Positions 9,567 to 19,767 of a stretch of 64,000 nt of DNA are shown here, in pieces. The stretch's first letter is position 1. Every line of letters starts with the position of its first letter. A program made the position numbers and the translations under genes. Location of the stretch: assembly GCA_009995455.1 (NCBI GenBank), contig JAACPJ010000001.1:150991-214990 (forward strand), given 5' to 3'. The stretch is from a bacterium. GTDB lineage: Bacteria > Patescibacteriota > Gracilibacteria > UBA4473. Below the pieces are notes generated by a model, which did no database searches, was not told the origin of the DNA, and worked only from the letters and a program-made list of their open reading frames with translations.

Positions 9567-9631
9567 CCGCAGGCTTAAAAGTTTACAATTTTAAATTTTA
9601 GTTTATTTTTTTGTAAATCAATTTTTGTAAT

Positions 9632-10147
9632 ATGTCCGTAGAAACCAAACTAGCCGAACTTGAATATACAAGAGAAGAGCAATTAAAATCTGCAGAAGGA
9701 ATTGCCCTAGAGATTATGATTGAAACTGATGAAGCAAGTGCGGTATCTCGAGCATTAGTTTTACAGGTTTTAGATGATTTTAAAGGAGAATTTAAACCTA
9801 ATTACGAGCAAGTTCGAGCGGCTTTGAAAAAACAAGATATTTCTGTGAGTGAAGTAGAAGCGGTAATTTCTGATGCGGTATCCGAGATTTGTTCACCTGA
9901 ACTAGCTATGGGGGCCGCCAAAAAAGTTCTGGCGATAGTAAATGAAGCGGCTAGCCGTGGCGCCGAAAGTGCTTTGGTGGCGTTTAAAACTAATATTCAG
10001 GCCATTAAAAAGGCAATTAAATCGGTTAAGCCCAGCGGTAAAATGTTAGACGCGGAGTTGGTCTATAATCAAATGGCGGTTATTTTTCCGTCACTAACCA
10101 ATAATACCGAAGCAAAAGTCTTCTTTATGGCTACGTTTAAAGACTAG
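9632..10147 (+). CDS. hypothetical protein (helical, orphan)
   Basis: 171-aa ORF in its own intergenic slot. No recognisable motif. Confidence 0.45.
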   Translation: MSVETKLAELEYTREEQLKSAEGIALEIMIETDEASAVSRALVLQVLDDFKGEFKPNYEQVRAALKKQDISVSEVEAVISDAVSEICSPELAMGAAKKVLAIVNEAASRGAESALVAFKTNIQAIKKAIKSVKPSGKMLDAELVYNQMAVIFPSLTNNTEAKVFFMATFKD

Positions 10148-10149
10148 GT

Positions 10150-11970
10150 TTAGCTGACTAACACCGCTTTAATACGCCTGACTCCGCGACTTGAAGACTC
10201 TTCTTTTTTAATTTTAAAAGCGCCTTTCAGTTCGTTGGTATTTTTAACGTGTGGGCCACCACAAAGTTCTCGTGTCCAAACCTTGCCGGTGTCATCTTTA
10301 AAGGTGAATACTTTGACAATGTCTGGGTATCGTTCCCAAAAACTGGCTTCAATCGTTTCATCTTGCTCAGCGTCTACTTTTGGCACTTCTTCGTAAACTT
10401 GCTCCGCATTGGCGGCAATTGCGGCGTTAACGTAAGCCTCAACCGCTTCTTTTTCTTCATCTGTCATTTTATCACCGTGCGTAAAATCAAAGCGTAAACG
10501 CTCGGCGGTAATGTTACTCCCGGCTTGATGTACGTGCGTGCCTAACACTTCACGAAGCCCGGCCAAAAGCAAGTGAGTAGCGGTATGAAGGCCCGTTTCG
10601 ACCTCAATGTTTTCTCGGCTCATTCCTCCTTTAAACTTCCCTTCGGCTCCCGCTTTAGATAAAGCTTGATGCGCTTTTTCGGCTACCTTGAAACCTTCGG
10701 TATCGACTTTTAAACCGGCCTCAGCGGCTAACTCTTCGGTCATTTCAATTGGGAATCCGTAGGTTTGGTATAAATCAAACGCAACGTCTCCGCTTAAAAT
10801 CGTTTCGGCATTAGCGGCTACTTTTTGAAACTGTTTTTCTCCTTTTTCAAGCGTGGTTCTAAATTGTGATTCTTCCCGGCTCAGTTCTTCTAAAATAAAA
10901 TCTTGGTTTTTTATAAGTTCTGGATAGTGGCTGCCTAGTTTGTCAATAACGGCTTTTGCAATAGTGTGGCAGAAATTATTTTCAATGCCAAGTTTGCGGC
11001 CATGTCGAACTGCTCGTCGGATAAGACGGCGTAAAATATAACCTTGATCTACGTTCGAAGGCGCGACGCCATCGCCTAAAATAACCGTTGAACTTCGCAG
11101 GTGGTCTGCCACAATTCGAGCTGAATTATGTTTTGCAGAATCACCGACTGGATTCTCAACAATACCGTTAAAGCCACTAACTTCAGCAATGGCGGCTAAA
11201 ATATCGGTAAAAGCATCAGTTTGATAAACCGAAGTTTTACCGTTTAGCACGGCCACCGTTCGTTCGAGTCCCATGCCTGTATCTACATTTTGGGCTGGCA
11301 GTTCTTCCAGGCTCCCATCGGGCAATTTATTGAACTGCATAAATACATCGTTCCAGATTTCAACCCAACGCGGATCTTCCCAGGTTTCTTGGTAAGGTTT
11401 ATCCAGTTCAGGCGATTCTGGGTCTCCGGTCCAGTAAAACATTTCACTGTCTGGGCCACAAGGACCGGTTTCGCCTTTCGCCCACCAGTTTTCGGCGGCA
11501 TCTAAATAGGCAATTTTATGTTCTGGCATACCGTTCTTTTTCCAAATACCAGCCGCTTCTTCGTCACGTGGGGCATTTTCATCGCCTTCAAATACACTCA
11601 CTGCTAAACGCCGTAGTGGTAGTTCTAATTCCTTAGTTAAGAATTCAAAACTCCAGGCAATTTGGTCTTCTTTAAAAAAGTCACCCAAACTCCAATTGCC
11701 TAGCATTTCAAAAAAGGTCAGATGTGTGGCATCGCCCACTTCTTCGATGTCTCCAGTTCGCACGGCCTTTTGGCTATTGGTCAGTCGCGTTCCTAGCGGA
11801 TGAGGCTCTCCCATCAAGAAAGGCACTAACGGGTGCATTCCAGAATTGATAAAAAGTGCCGTTGGGTCATTTTCTGGCACCACGCCGGCTGAAGGAATAA
11901 CCGCATGGTCTTTTGATTTAAAGAACTCAAGCCATTTAGTTCGAAGACTGTCAGTAGTGTATTGCATCAT
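10150..11970 (-). CDS. alaS: alanine--tRNA ligase, short form (catalytic + editing domains, no C-Ala domain)
   Basis: N-terminus LRTKWLEFFKSKDHAVIPSAGVVPENDPTALFINSGMHPLVPFLMGE. Editing-domain HTATHLL and CGGPHV motifs. Ends at RRIKAVLVS after 606 aa. Confidence 0.9.
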   Translation of the reverse strand: MMQYTTDSLRTKWLEFFKSKDHAVIPSAGVVPENDPTALFINSGMHPLVPFLMGEPHPLGTRLTNSQKAVRTGDIEEVGDATHLTFFEMLGNWSLGDFFKEDQIAWSFEFLTKELELPLRRLAVSVFEGDENAPRDEEAAGIWKKNGMPEHKIAYLDAAENWWAKGETGPCGPDSEMFYWTGDPESPELDKPYQETWEDPRWVEIWNDVFMQFNKLPDGSLEELPAQNVDTGMGLERTVAVLNGKTSVYQTDAFTDILAAIAEVSGFNGIVENPVGDSAKHNSARIVADHLRSSTVILGDGVAPSNVDQGYILRRLIRRAVRHGRKLGIENNFCHTIAKAVIDKLGSHYPELIKNQDFILEELSREESQFRTTLEKGEKQFQKVAANAETILSGDVAFDLYQTYGFPIEMTEELAAEAGLKVDTEGFKVAEKAHQALSKAGAEGKFKGGMSRENIEVETGLHTATHLLLAGLREVLGTHVHQAGSNITAERLRFDFTHGDKMTDEEKEAVEAYVNAAIAANAEQVYEEVPKVDAEQDETIEASFWERYPDIVKVFTFKDDTGKVWTRELCGGPHVKNTNELKGAFKIKKEESSSRGVRRIKAVLVS

Positions 11971-12049
11971 ATTTTTTAGTGACCTATTTATAATTAAAAA
12001 CCAGCTTGAGACAAGCGGGGTAATAACTTCTTGAACTTAGAGTGAGAAG

Positions 12050-12499
12050 TTATTTGTAAAAAACTCGGATGGCTCGGGCTGGACCTTCACCGACAGAATC
12101 AGAAGATAGTTCTGGGAAATTGTTTAACACCCACATGTGAACCACTCTTCTAAAATAAGGCGGCATAGGTGGAAGTTTGATTTCGCCAAGGTTTCGTTCT
12201 TTCATCAAATCAATAAACTTCTCGGCTTTAGCGATCATTCGGTCTTCTTGATCTTTGCGGTAGTGGTCTACATCCACACACACAAAAAGGTTTTCACTGC
12301 TTTGCGCGTACAACATGTTTTTCAGTAAGGTTTGGATGGCGTTAAGCGTTTCCCCGTTTTTCCCAATAAGCCGCGCTGGAGTCGAACATTCAATATTAGC
12401 CCGGTACTGACCGTGCTCTTCAGTGATAGTGACACAGTCATAATCCGCTCCAAATTTATCTAAAAGGAGCTTTAGCGCTTTCTGTATAATCGTTTCCAT
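12050..12499 (-). CDS. KH + R3H domain RNA-binding protein (Jag/KhpB-like, lacking the Jag_N domain)
   Basis: KH GXXG motif LIGKNGETLNAIQ. C-terminal R3H-like RRVVHMWVLNNFPELSSDSVGEGPARAIRVF. Confidence 0.7.
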   Translation of the reverse strand: METIIQKALKLLLDKFGADYDCVTITEEHGQYRANIECSTPARLIGKNGETLNAIQTLLKNMLYAQSSENLFVCVDVDHYRKDQEDRMIAKAEKFIDLMKERNLGEIKLPPMPPYFRRVVHMWVLNNFPELSSDSVGEGPARAIRVFYK

Positions 12500-12532
12500 G
12501 AGGATTTTGGCGAAAGAAAAGGTTCGAACTTT

Positions 12533-12562
12533 ATTTTAAGTGACCTTTGACAGAGTGTCAAA
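12533..12562 (-). promoter_or_regulatory. sigma70-like promoter for the jag-like gene, embedded in a 17-bp perfect palindrome
   Basis: TTTGACA-GAG-TGTCAAA at 12546-12562. On the minus strand, TTGACA (12561-12556) is followed by a 17-nt spacer and TAAAAT (12538-12533), about 35 nt upstream of the ATG at 12499. Confidence 0.4.
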
Positions 12563-12670
12563 AAACATCCTCTATCGGCTGGCAATAAAGGGTTCGTATT
12601 TTTAGCGCTAAAGAAGTAAAATGGCTTTGAAAAAAAAGCATCAATCAATTGTTACTAGCCCTTTTAACGT

Positions 12671-13753
12671 ATGAAAAACACGGATAATCTCGCCAAATGG
12701 TTAAAGAATTCTGAGTGGGACGCCTTCTTGGTCACTAATCCCCAAAATATTGGTTATTTAACAAACTTTTGGGGTAGTTTTGGTTTGTATCTACAGACCC
12801 GGTCAGGAAAGTATTTACTCACTGATGGTCGTTATAGCGAAGTAGCCACTACTTTAACGGACGTGGAATTTATTGAATATAAAGGCGGTATTCCAGAAGA
12901 TTTTATAAACAAAGTCCGTGGCAAGATTGCGGTTGAAGACACACTGACGCTTGCGCAATTTAAAAATTATGAAGCCTGGTTTAAAGATTCGCATCTAGAG
13001 CCCGTTGCGGGCGTGGTTGAAAAATTAAGACGTCAAAAAAATAATTCTGAATTACAGATTATGAGAGCAGCGCAAATGCAGACCGATAAAGTACTCATCC
13101 CATTTCTGCAACAACATTTACGTGTGGGAATTAGCGAACGTCAGCTTAAATTTAAACTCGACCAAGCCTTGCAAGCGGAGGGACGCTTTGGGCTCAGTTT
13201 TGACAGCATTATTGGTTTTGGCCCTGGCAGCGCTTTGCCGCATTACATTTCTGGGGAAAGAGCGTTAAAAGACGGCGACAACATTTTGATTGATTGCGGG
13301 GTGATTGATCGGCATTACTGCAGTGATATGACGCGAAACTTTGTGTTTGGAAAACCAAGCGAATCGTATTTAAAGGAATTTAAAGATTTGCTATCGGCGC
13401 AGATTAAAACTTTAAAGGCGGTTAAAGCCGGGGTAGAAACAGCAAATTTAGATAAAATGTGTCGTGACGAATTAGGCGATTTAGCGGAATTTTTCAAACA
13501 TTCTTTGGGGCATGGAGTGGGGATTGAAATTCACGAAGCTCCAACATTAAGTGCACGCAGTAAAGAAGTTTTGCAAGTGGGGGACGTGATTACCATTGAG
13601 CCGGGTGTTTACCGACCTGGTCACTACGGAATTCGGATTGAAGATTGCGTAATTGTGGAAGATTCGGGCTTCGAATGTCTGACTAAAACCACCAAAGATT
13701 TATTAAGTTTTAGTGAAAACGGGGGCGTGCAAGTGTTGGTGACCTCTGCATAG
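12671..13753 (+). CDS. M24 family Xaa-Pro aminopeptidase/dipeptidase
   Basis: 360 aa. Metal-ligand motifs IDCGVIDRHYCSDMTR, HSLGHGVGIEIHEAP, TIEPGVY, IRIEDCV. Confidence 0.85.
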   Translation: MKNTDNLAKWLKNSEWDAFLVTNPQNIGYLTNFWGSFGLYLQTRSGKYLLTDGRYSEVATTLTDVEFIEYKGGIPEDFINKVRGKIAVEDTLTLAQFKNYEAWFKDSHLEPVAGVVEKLRRQKNNSELQIMRAAQMQTDKVLIPFLQQHLRVGISERQLKFKLDQALQAEGRFGLSFDSIIGFGPGSALPHYISGERALKDGDNILIDCGVIDRHYCSDMTRNFVFGKPSESYLKEFKDLLSAQIKTLKAVKAGVETANLDKMCRDELGDLAEFFKHSLGHGVGIEIHEAPTLSARSKEVLQVGDVITIEPGVYRPGHYGIRIEDCVIVEDSGFECLTKTTKDLLSFSENGGVQVLVTSA

Positions 13754-13763
13754 TGGAGCGTGG

Positions 13764-14840
13764 ATGAATCACACTCCCTACTTGCTGGCATTGCACCGAA
13801 GACTGAATTTAACCAGACCTCGCTTTGAAAAACTAAACGCCTTTTTTGCCGAGGATTGGCAAAAAGCGTATCAAGGCCGTATCAGTGATTGGCAGGCAGC
13901 GGGCCTTGATAAAGCCTCTATAGAAAAATTTTTTGCTTCAAAGGAAGTGTTTTCTCCCATTACTGAATATGAATTGTTGCAAGGTTGTGGTGCTAGTTTT
14001 TTTACGTGCTTTGATAGCGCTTACCCAGATTTATGGCACAACATCGCACAACCACCAGCCTTGTTTTTTTATAAAGGGAATGGGCAAAACTTAAACGCTA
14101 AGTCGATCACGGTGGTTGGTTCACGAAAGGTGACCGATTACGGGCGGCAGATTTTGCAAAAAGTACTGAAGCCAGTTTTTGAAAAACGTTTGAACGTGGT
14201 GTCGGGCTTGGCTTACGGCGTTGATGCGGCCGCCCATCAGTTGGCTTTAGCCGTTGAGGCTCCGACGGTGGCGGTTTTAGGGAACGGTATTGATGAAATC
14301 TACCCTAAAAATAACCAGCCATTAGCCGATAAAATATTAGCCGCTGGCGGTACGATTATTTCTGAATACCTACCAAAAACCGAAGCCCGCCCAGAATATT
14401 TTCCGCAAAGAAACAGATTGGTGGCCGGATTAAGTCAGGCGACAGTGGTGGTTGAAGGAGCGCTTAAATCGGGCAGTTTAATTACCGCTCGGTTGGCAAA
14501 CGATTTTGGCCGTGATGTTTGGGCGGCCCCAGGCGATATTTTTCGCACTAATTCAGCGGGATGTAATCAGCTTATTTCGCAAGGGGAAGCGGCTGCCTTA
14601 GTCAGTAGTGACTTGCTTTCAGAAAAACTTAATCTGCTTAATACAACAGTGTTGCATGATATTGATTTAAGTGATTCGGAAAAAGATTTAATCCGTATTT
14701 TAAAACAAAAGCCGGCCTGGCAATTAGAAGATTTTATGAATGAAATGCGACGACCTCCCTCTGAAATTAGTGGAATTTTAACGATGCTAGAGATTAAAGG
14801 GGTTTTAAAAAACACGGGTAGAAGTGTTTATTTGTCTTAA
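13764..14840 (+). CDS. dprA: DNA-processing protein DprA (Smf)
   Basis: ITVVGSRKVTDYG, SGLAYGVDAAAHQLAL, FPQRNRLVAGLS, and a C-terminal winged-helix tail. Confidence 0.85.
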   Translation: MNHTPYLLALHRRLNLTRPRFEKLNAFFAEDWQKAYQGRISDWQAAGLDKASIEKFFASKEVFSPITEYELLQGCGASFFTCFDSAYPDLWHNIAQPPALFFYKGNGQNLNAKSITVVGSRKVTDYGRQILQKVLKPVFEKRLNVVSGLAYGVDAAAHQLALAVEAPTVAVLGNGIDEIYPKNNQPLADKILAAGGTIISEYLPKTEARPEYFPQRNRLVAGLSQATVVVEGALKSGSLITARLANDFGRDVWAAPGDIFRTNSAGCNQLISQGEAAALVSSDLLSEKLNLLNTTVLHDIDLSDSEKDLIRILKQKPAWQLEDFMNEMRRPPSEISGILTMLEIKGVLKNTGRSVYLS

Positions 14841-14881
14841 AATAATTTGTCTTTTTGTCAAAATTTGGTATTCGGTAATAG

Positions 14882-16531
14882 ATGGAGAAAGGCAAAGCCC
14901 CTCAATTCTTAACTTTAACGGAGCAAGTCTGGTGGAACGACTTGTTTGAAGATTTTGAAAGTGTGGCTTCGGACGACGCGATTGAATTTTATCGTGGCCT
15001 TTTCAAAGAATATTGTGACGGAGGACAGCCCGCTCGCAAAAATGAAGCTGACAAGGCCTCATACGCAGAAGATGTGCCTCGAAGTTGGGGGCATTTTAAT
15101 TTAGCGGGAAATGTGGAGGGAGAAGATATGGACTTAATTGTGGAGCCGTTGGACAAAATTAAGCTGGGGTTTGAAAATTTTTTAAGGACACGAGGGAAAT
15201 ATCATTTTTTCACTGAATGCGTGGAAAGACCTGAACTGTGTGGAGATTTGTATTTTGATCAATTAGAGGTGTTTTATGACGATAACTTTGAGGGCTTAAC
15301 GCATTTAAACAAAGAAGGCGTGCAAACCCTTAAATTAGAAATTCAAGATAGAGAGAGATTCGGTTGCACCGAGATTCAGTTTGCCTTGATTATTGCTCAC
15401 TTGAAGAAGCTTTATGATCAATTTAAAGCGACTGGCGGTCGTGATCCGCTTGAATTTGATTGGTGGTCATCGGTCCCAGATAATGTACGACACCAATCGG
15501 GAGTTGTGTTCACTCCAACGGTGTTTCGAAACTTGTTTCGAGCCGGGTTAACAGATTTTGGACCCTCTTTCGTAAACCATATACCAGACCTTCAAATCAG
15601 AAGAGCGATACTTGAGAGTTTAGAATTTGCGGTTGATGATTCGGAGGACGAAGACGAAGAGCCGATTGATGTTAGAATTTGGGATCACATGCAACGGGTT
15701 AAGTGGTATCTAGACACTTTTAATCTTCCCCCTTTGCACCAGAACACGATTTTCAAAGTTGTGCTTTCAATGGAGCCGCCTTATCGAAATCGAATGAGGA
15801 ATAAAGAGGTCAGTCAATCCGATCCAACTCGGCCAGAACCGCATTTTAGTCATTTTTTACGAGTTTTAAGAATCGGGCTCGGTTTAATTGATTCTGTTCG
15901 AAAAAAAAATTATCGCCTAGAGGGAGATTTAGCGCATATGTTTGATGATTTATACACCGATGAAACTCAAACCGAAATTGACCCAGATAATTTACTTAGT
16001 TACTGTATTGAGCTCTTAACCCATGATTTAGAAGAGGATTGGAAAATCACGGGTATTAGTAATCCACAACAGGTAAAAGCTTTTTTGCGAGATTTAATTC
16101 CCACTCAATATCCAAAGAAAGCCCAGTTGCTTGAGCGAGTGGCTTTCACGTCCCACGCTTTAAATTCAAAACACTACGATTCACGTGAACAAAGTTTAAG
16201 AGTGTTGCGGTCAGATTTAAGTTTAGCGCGTATAAAGCTGCCGGATATGCTGCAAAATCACAGTTCTCCTTATACCAATAAAAAAGAAAAGCTGCGGATG
16301 TATTCGGACCGTTTTTTAGCCAAATTTTGTAATCAGGGTTTGGTTCATATTGTTCCAGACCGCTTGATGATATCGGCATTAGCGCAAAACCCAGTGCTGC
16401 CAGAAGCTGGTGTGGTTTGGGCTAAGGTGCAAGAATCTATTACTAATGCCTACGCAACAGATGATATACAGAGCTTGGCCGATCGGTTAAGCATTCCCTT
16501 GGCCCAAAGTGATCAAGAAATGTTTTATTAA
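14882..16531 (+). CDS. hypothetical protein (orphan, 549 aa)
   Basis: Long uninterrupted ORF with no recognisable motif. Its stop overlaps the convergent phosphohexomutase stop by 4 nt. Confidence 0.5.
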   Translation: MEKGKAPQFLTLTEQVWWNDLFEDFESVASDDAIEFYRGLFKEYCDGGQPARKNEADKASYAEDVPRSWGHFNLAGNVEGEDMDLIVEPLDKIKLGFENFLRTRGKYHFFTECVERPELCGDLYFDQLEVFYDDNFEGLTHLNKEGVQTLKLEIQDRERFGCTEIQFALIIAHLKKLYDQFKATGGRDPLEFDWWSSVPDNVRHQSGVVFTPTVFRNLFRAGLTDFGPSFVNHIPDLQIRRAILESLEFAVDDSEDEDEEPIDVRIWDHMQRVKWYLDTFNLPPLHQNTIFKVVLSMEPPYRNRMRNKEVSQSDPTRPEPHFSHFLRVLRIGLGLIDSVRKKNYRLEGDLAHMFDDLYTDETQTEIDPDNLLSYCIELLTHDLEEDWKITGISNPQQVKAFLRDLIPTQYPKKAQLLERVAFTSHALNSKHYDSREQSLRVLRSDLSLARIKLPDMLQNHSSPYTNKKEKLRMYSDRFLAKFCNQGLVHIVPDRLMISALAQNPVLPEAGVVWAKVQESITNAYATDDIQSLADRLSIPLAQSDQEMFY

Positions 16532-17910
16532 GCTTGGTGTTTTTCTAGCACGCCCATCAAGAGTTCTTTTTTCTCTTCTAGGCTTTCGTGATTCCGCGCT
16601 TCAAGTCGTAACGCGATTTTTGGCGAGGTATTCGAGCAGCGGATAATCGCCCATTCTTCATGTCCAAAATCAATTCGAATCCCATCAAGCGTGTTTGCAT
16701 CTGGAAAAATTTCTTTTAAATCGACGATCACTTTTTCGAGTATTTCAAATTTCGCTTCATCATCAACGGTGATTCTTTCAGAAACTTCCAGCATATCATC
16801 CCAACCAACGGTGACTTCTATTTCTAGCTCCGGGTTGCTTTCAATCGCTTCAATAAATCTTAATGTGGCCAGCAAAGCGTCATCATGACCGTAAAAGTTT
16901 TCACCAAACATAAAGTGTCCCGATTGTTCACCTCCAAGTAAGGCCTTGTTATCGTGCATGGCGTGTTCAATGTGTGAATGCCCCGTTTGTGATAAAATAA
17001 CGTTCGCGCCTTTGGCCGTTAATTTGGTAATGAGTAATTGTGAACTCATCGCATCAAGTACAATATTAGCGCCTAGGTTTCGCGTCAAAAAATCACACCC
17101 CAGCACGTATAAAATTTTATCGGCACTGAGCACCGTGCCGTCTTTCAGCAAAACACCAACCCGGTCACCATCGCCATCAAAGGCTAAACCTAAATCGTGT
17201 TTTCCACTTTCCATTTCTTTTTTCAAAAACGCTAAATTTGCCACGCGTTCAGGGTCTGGTTGGTGGTTGGGGAACGTGGTATCTAAATCACAAAATAGTT
17301 CTTTTACTTCGTGTCCAAAGCTTCGTAAAAAGTCTGGGTAAAACATACCTGGAATCGCATTGCCCGCATCCACCACGAGTTTTAACGGCGTTTGCTCGGG
17401 CGTAATTTCTTTAATTTTTTTAATATAATCTTGCAATAAATCGACGGTTTCACACGCATCTAAAACTTCACCAGGGGTTTGCCCTAAACGGCAGTCAGCG
17501 CATTTAGCTAAATCTTTAACTTTTTGAATTTCCTCTCCACTTACCGCCCCATTTCGGTCCGTCAGTTTTAAACCGTTGTCACCAGCGGGATTATGCGAAG
17601 CCGAAATCTGGATAGCCGCATCAAAGTTGCCGTGATGGAAGCCAAAATAATTAACGGGTGTCGGAATCGCCCCCCCCCAAGCCACGTCACAGCCAGCCGC
17701 TTTCAAGCCAGAAATAATAGCCGGGTAAAGTTCGGGCATAGATTGCCGACCGTCACCAGACACCAGCACTTTGGGTTCCACTATATTATGTTTGGCTTTT
17801 AAATACTGGCCAAACCCCTGAGCTACGGCCATAAAACCATCTTCGTCAAAGTCCACAAAGGCTTCACCACGAATGTCATAAGCCCGAAAAATTTTGTCGT
17901 GTAAAATCAT
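16528..17910 (-). CDS. alpha-D-phosphohexomutase (phosphoglucomutase/phosphomannomutase/GlmM family)
   Basis: Active-site loop ISASHNPAGDNGLKL, metal loop FDGDGDRVG, sugar loop GGEQSGH. Confidence 0.85.
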   Translation of the reverse strand: MILHDKIFRAYDIRGEAFVDFDEDGFMAVAQGFGQYLKAKHNIVEPKVLVSGDGRQSMPELYPAIISGLKAAGCDVAWGGAIPTPVNYFGFHHGNFDAAIQISASHNPAGDNGLKLTDRNGAVSGEEIQKVKDLAKCADCRLGQTPGEVLDACETVDLLQDYIKKIKEITPEQTPLKLVVDAGNAIPGMFYPDFLRSFGHEVKELFCDLDTTFPNHQPDPERVANLAFLKKEMESGKHDLGLAFDGDGDRVGVLLKDGTVLSADKILYVLGCDFLTRNLGANIVLDAMSSQLLITKLTAKGANVILSQTGHSHIEHAMHDNKALLGGEQSGHFMFGENFYGHDDALLATLRFIEAIESNPELEIEVTVGWDDMLEVSERITVDDEAKFEILEKVIVDLKEIFPDANTLDGIRIDFGHEEWAIIRCSNTSPKIALRLEARNHESLEEKKELLMGVLEKHQA

Positions 17911-17973
17911 GTTTTAGAGGGGAAAGAAAAGCGACGCTTTTCAAGTCGGCTTGATTATGCCAAACTTCAGTTG

Positions 17974-19590
17974 ATGCAACGAATAAAAGGTCTAAAAATC
18001 TATGTTTTCTTCACTTTAGTGTTAGTACTGGGGTTGATTTTAGGGCCGAATTTAAAGTGGTTTAGCCCGACTCGATGGTGGGGACAAAGCTTAGTCGTGT
18101 TGATGAACGAGAACGAAGCTCGGCCTTGTGGCGGTTTTGTTACCGCTTATGGCGTTTTGAATTTACCTTTTGGTGGCGTGGAATTAAAAAACAGTTTTGC
18201 TTTCCCTGAACTTAATTTAGGGCTGAGCCCTGAACCGCTTTCACGAGTGTCGATTGACCAAAAATTTTGGGATTTAGGCACTTCGCCTAATTTAAACATT
18301 TGCGCGCAAGAATTTGTGAGCGCTTACGAACGCGCCAGCGGCAGTTACCCCGACCGCGCGCTTCTGATTCAATCAAGCGTGGTGGAAAATTATTTAACCG
18401 CCTTAGGCGCAATTACCGCCGGCGACTTGACGTTAAGTGGGCAGAAATTTTTTGCGGTTACCTCAAGACTGGTGGCCGATATTGATCGGCACGACGAAGA
18501 CGCTCTTGATGGACGGAAAGATCCGCTTAATTTAGTGGGAAAGAAGTTAGTGATCAGCACGCTTTTGCGACCTTGGAAATGGCACGCGATCAGCCAAGCG
18601 ATTTATGAAGCCGAAGCTCGGGGCGCTATTTACCAGCACCGCCCGGGGTATGAAAATAAATTTCTGTGGACGGAAAACCAAGATTTCACCATGGCTTTGA
18701 GTGAATGGAATTTAGGCGGAGGAAAAAGTTCAAGATATTTAGATAAACAATGGAATGTGCGTTTAAACCAAATCACCAAAACGCAGTGGGAACTGATAAA
18801 CGATATTACCGTGACGCATTTAGGCGGCCGCGATGAACCGTTATCACAAGCCTGGCAGGGCGGGTTTGAGTTTAATTTTTTTAATCGGGAAGAGCGCTTT
18901 GTGCCAGCCACGATTGTGCCAGGTGGTCGTTTTACGCACTCAGAAACCTTTTTGGTAAACCAAACTCAATTAACCACGTTTATGGAGGATTTACCGCCTC
19001 GATATAATTTAAATCTCTATGCACCGCCGTACCAAGATTGGCACGCCAGCTTGCAGGTTCGAGCCTTGGCCCAACAAATGGTCGAAAGTAATACCGACGC
19101 CTTAGAGCCAAAGGAAAACACGGCGCTCTGGCAAGGCGATATTTCACTACAAGGCGAGCCGTTTAGCTTTAATTTGGTGCCCGATACTTTAGCGCCGTTT
19201 TTAACGTGGCATAAACCACTACCCAATCCTTCACCAGAAATTACCGAGCTGTTAGATTTAGTGCCCGGGGACGTGGTCGTGGAACTGCACTTTAATGAAC
19301 CGATTGATATTCTAAACGCGCGCCCCGCCACGCTAGAAAACGGTTGGAGACGTTATTTATCCAGTGACTTAAACATCTCACTGACCGATAGAAATTACGA
19401 AGTGCCTTACACCATCGAAAACCTCAGCCCACAAAGCGCGCTGTTACTAACAGATAACACGACGTTACTGCTTAAAGTTCGTCCGCAACCCTACCAAACC
19501 GATGAACGGTATTACATAGAAATAAACGATATTGCTGACCAATGGGGTAACACCAGAACCATTGATAATCGCACGGTGATTACGCGCTAA
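17974..19590 (+). CDS. DUF4012-like membrane-anchored extracellular protein
   Basis: N-terminal TM IYVFFTLVLVLGLILG. LMNENEARPCGGFVTAYGVL resembles the DUF4012 core (N-x-E-x-R-x-x-GG-F-x-G-x-Y-G). ATG at 17974; the track begins at a TTG at 17971. Confidence 0.55.
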   Translation: MQRIKGLKIYVFFTLVLVLGLILGPNLKWFSPTRWWGQSLVVLMNENEARPCGGFVTAYGVLNLPFGGVELKNSFAFPELNLGLSPEPLSRVSIDQKFWDLGTSPNLNICAQEFVSAYERASGSYPDRALLIQSSVVENYLTALGAITAGDLTLSGQKFFAVTSRLVADIDRHDEDALDGRKDPLNLVGKKLVISTLLRPWKWHAISQAIYEAEARGAIYQHRPGYENKFLWTENQDFTMALSEWNLGGGKSSRYLDKQWNVRLNQITKTQWELINDITVTHLGGRDEPLSQAWQGGFEFNFFNREERFVPATIVPGGRFTHSETFLVNQTQLTTFMEDLPPRYNLNLYAPPYQDWHASLQVRALAQQMVESNTDALEPKENTALWQGDISLQGEPFSFNLVPDTLAPFLTWHKPLPNPSPEITELLDLVPGDVVVELHFNEPIDILNARPATLENGWRRYLSSDLNISLTDRNYEVPYTIENLSPQSALLLTDNTTLLLKVRPQPYQTDERYYIEINDIADQWGNTRTIDNRTVITR

Positions 19591-19767
19591 TAAAAAACAT
19601 TTGCCAAAGCGGGTAAATCTTCTTATATTCCGCAGGCTCACTCGTATTATTTTTGCCGAGCAAAGCCCCGCGCAGGCGGGTGCTATCTAGGTTTTGCGAG
19701 GTGAGGAGGAGATGATGAAATATTGAAGTTCCCGCAGGGAACGTAGAAATGAAATCATCGACGACGA

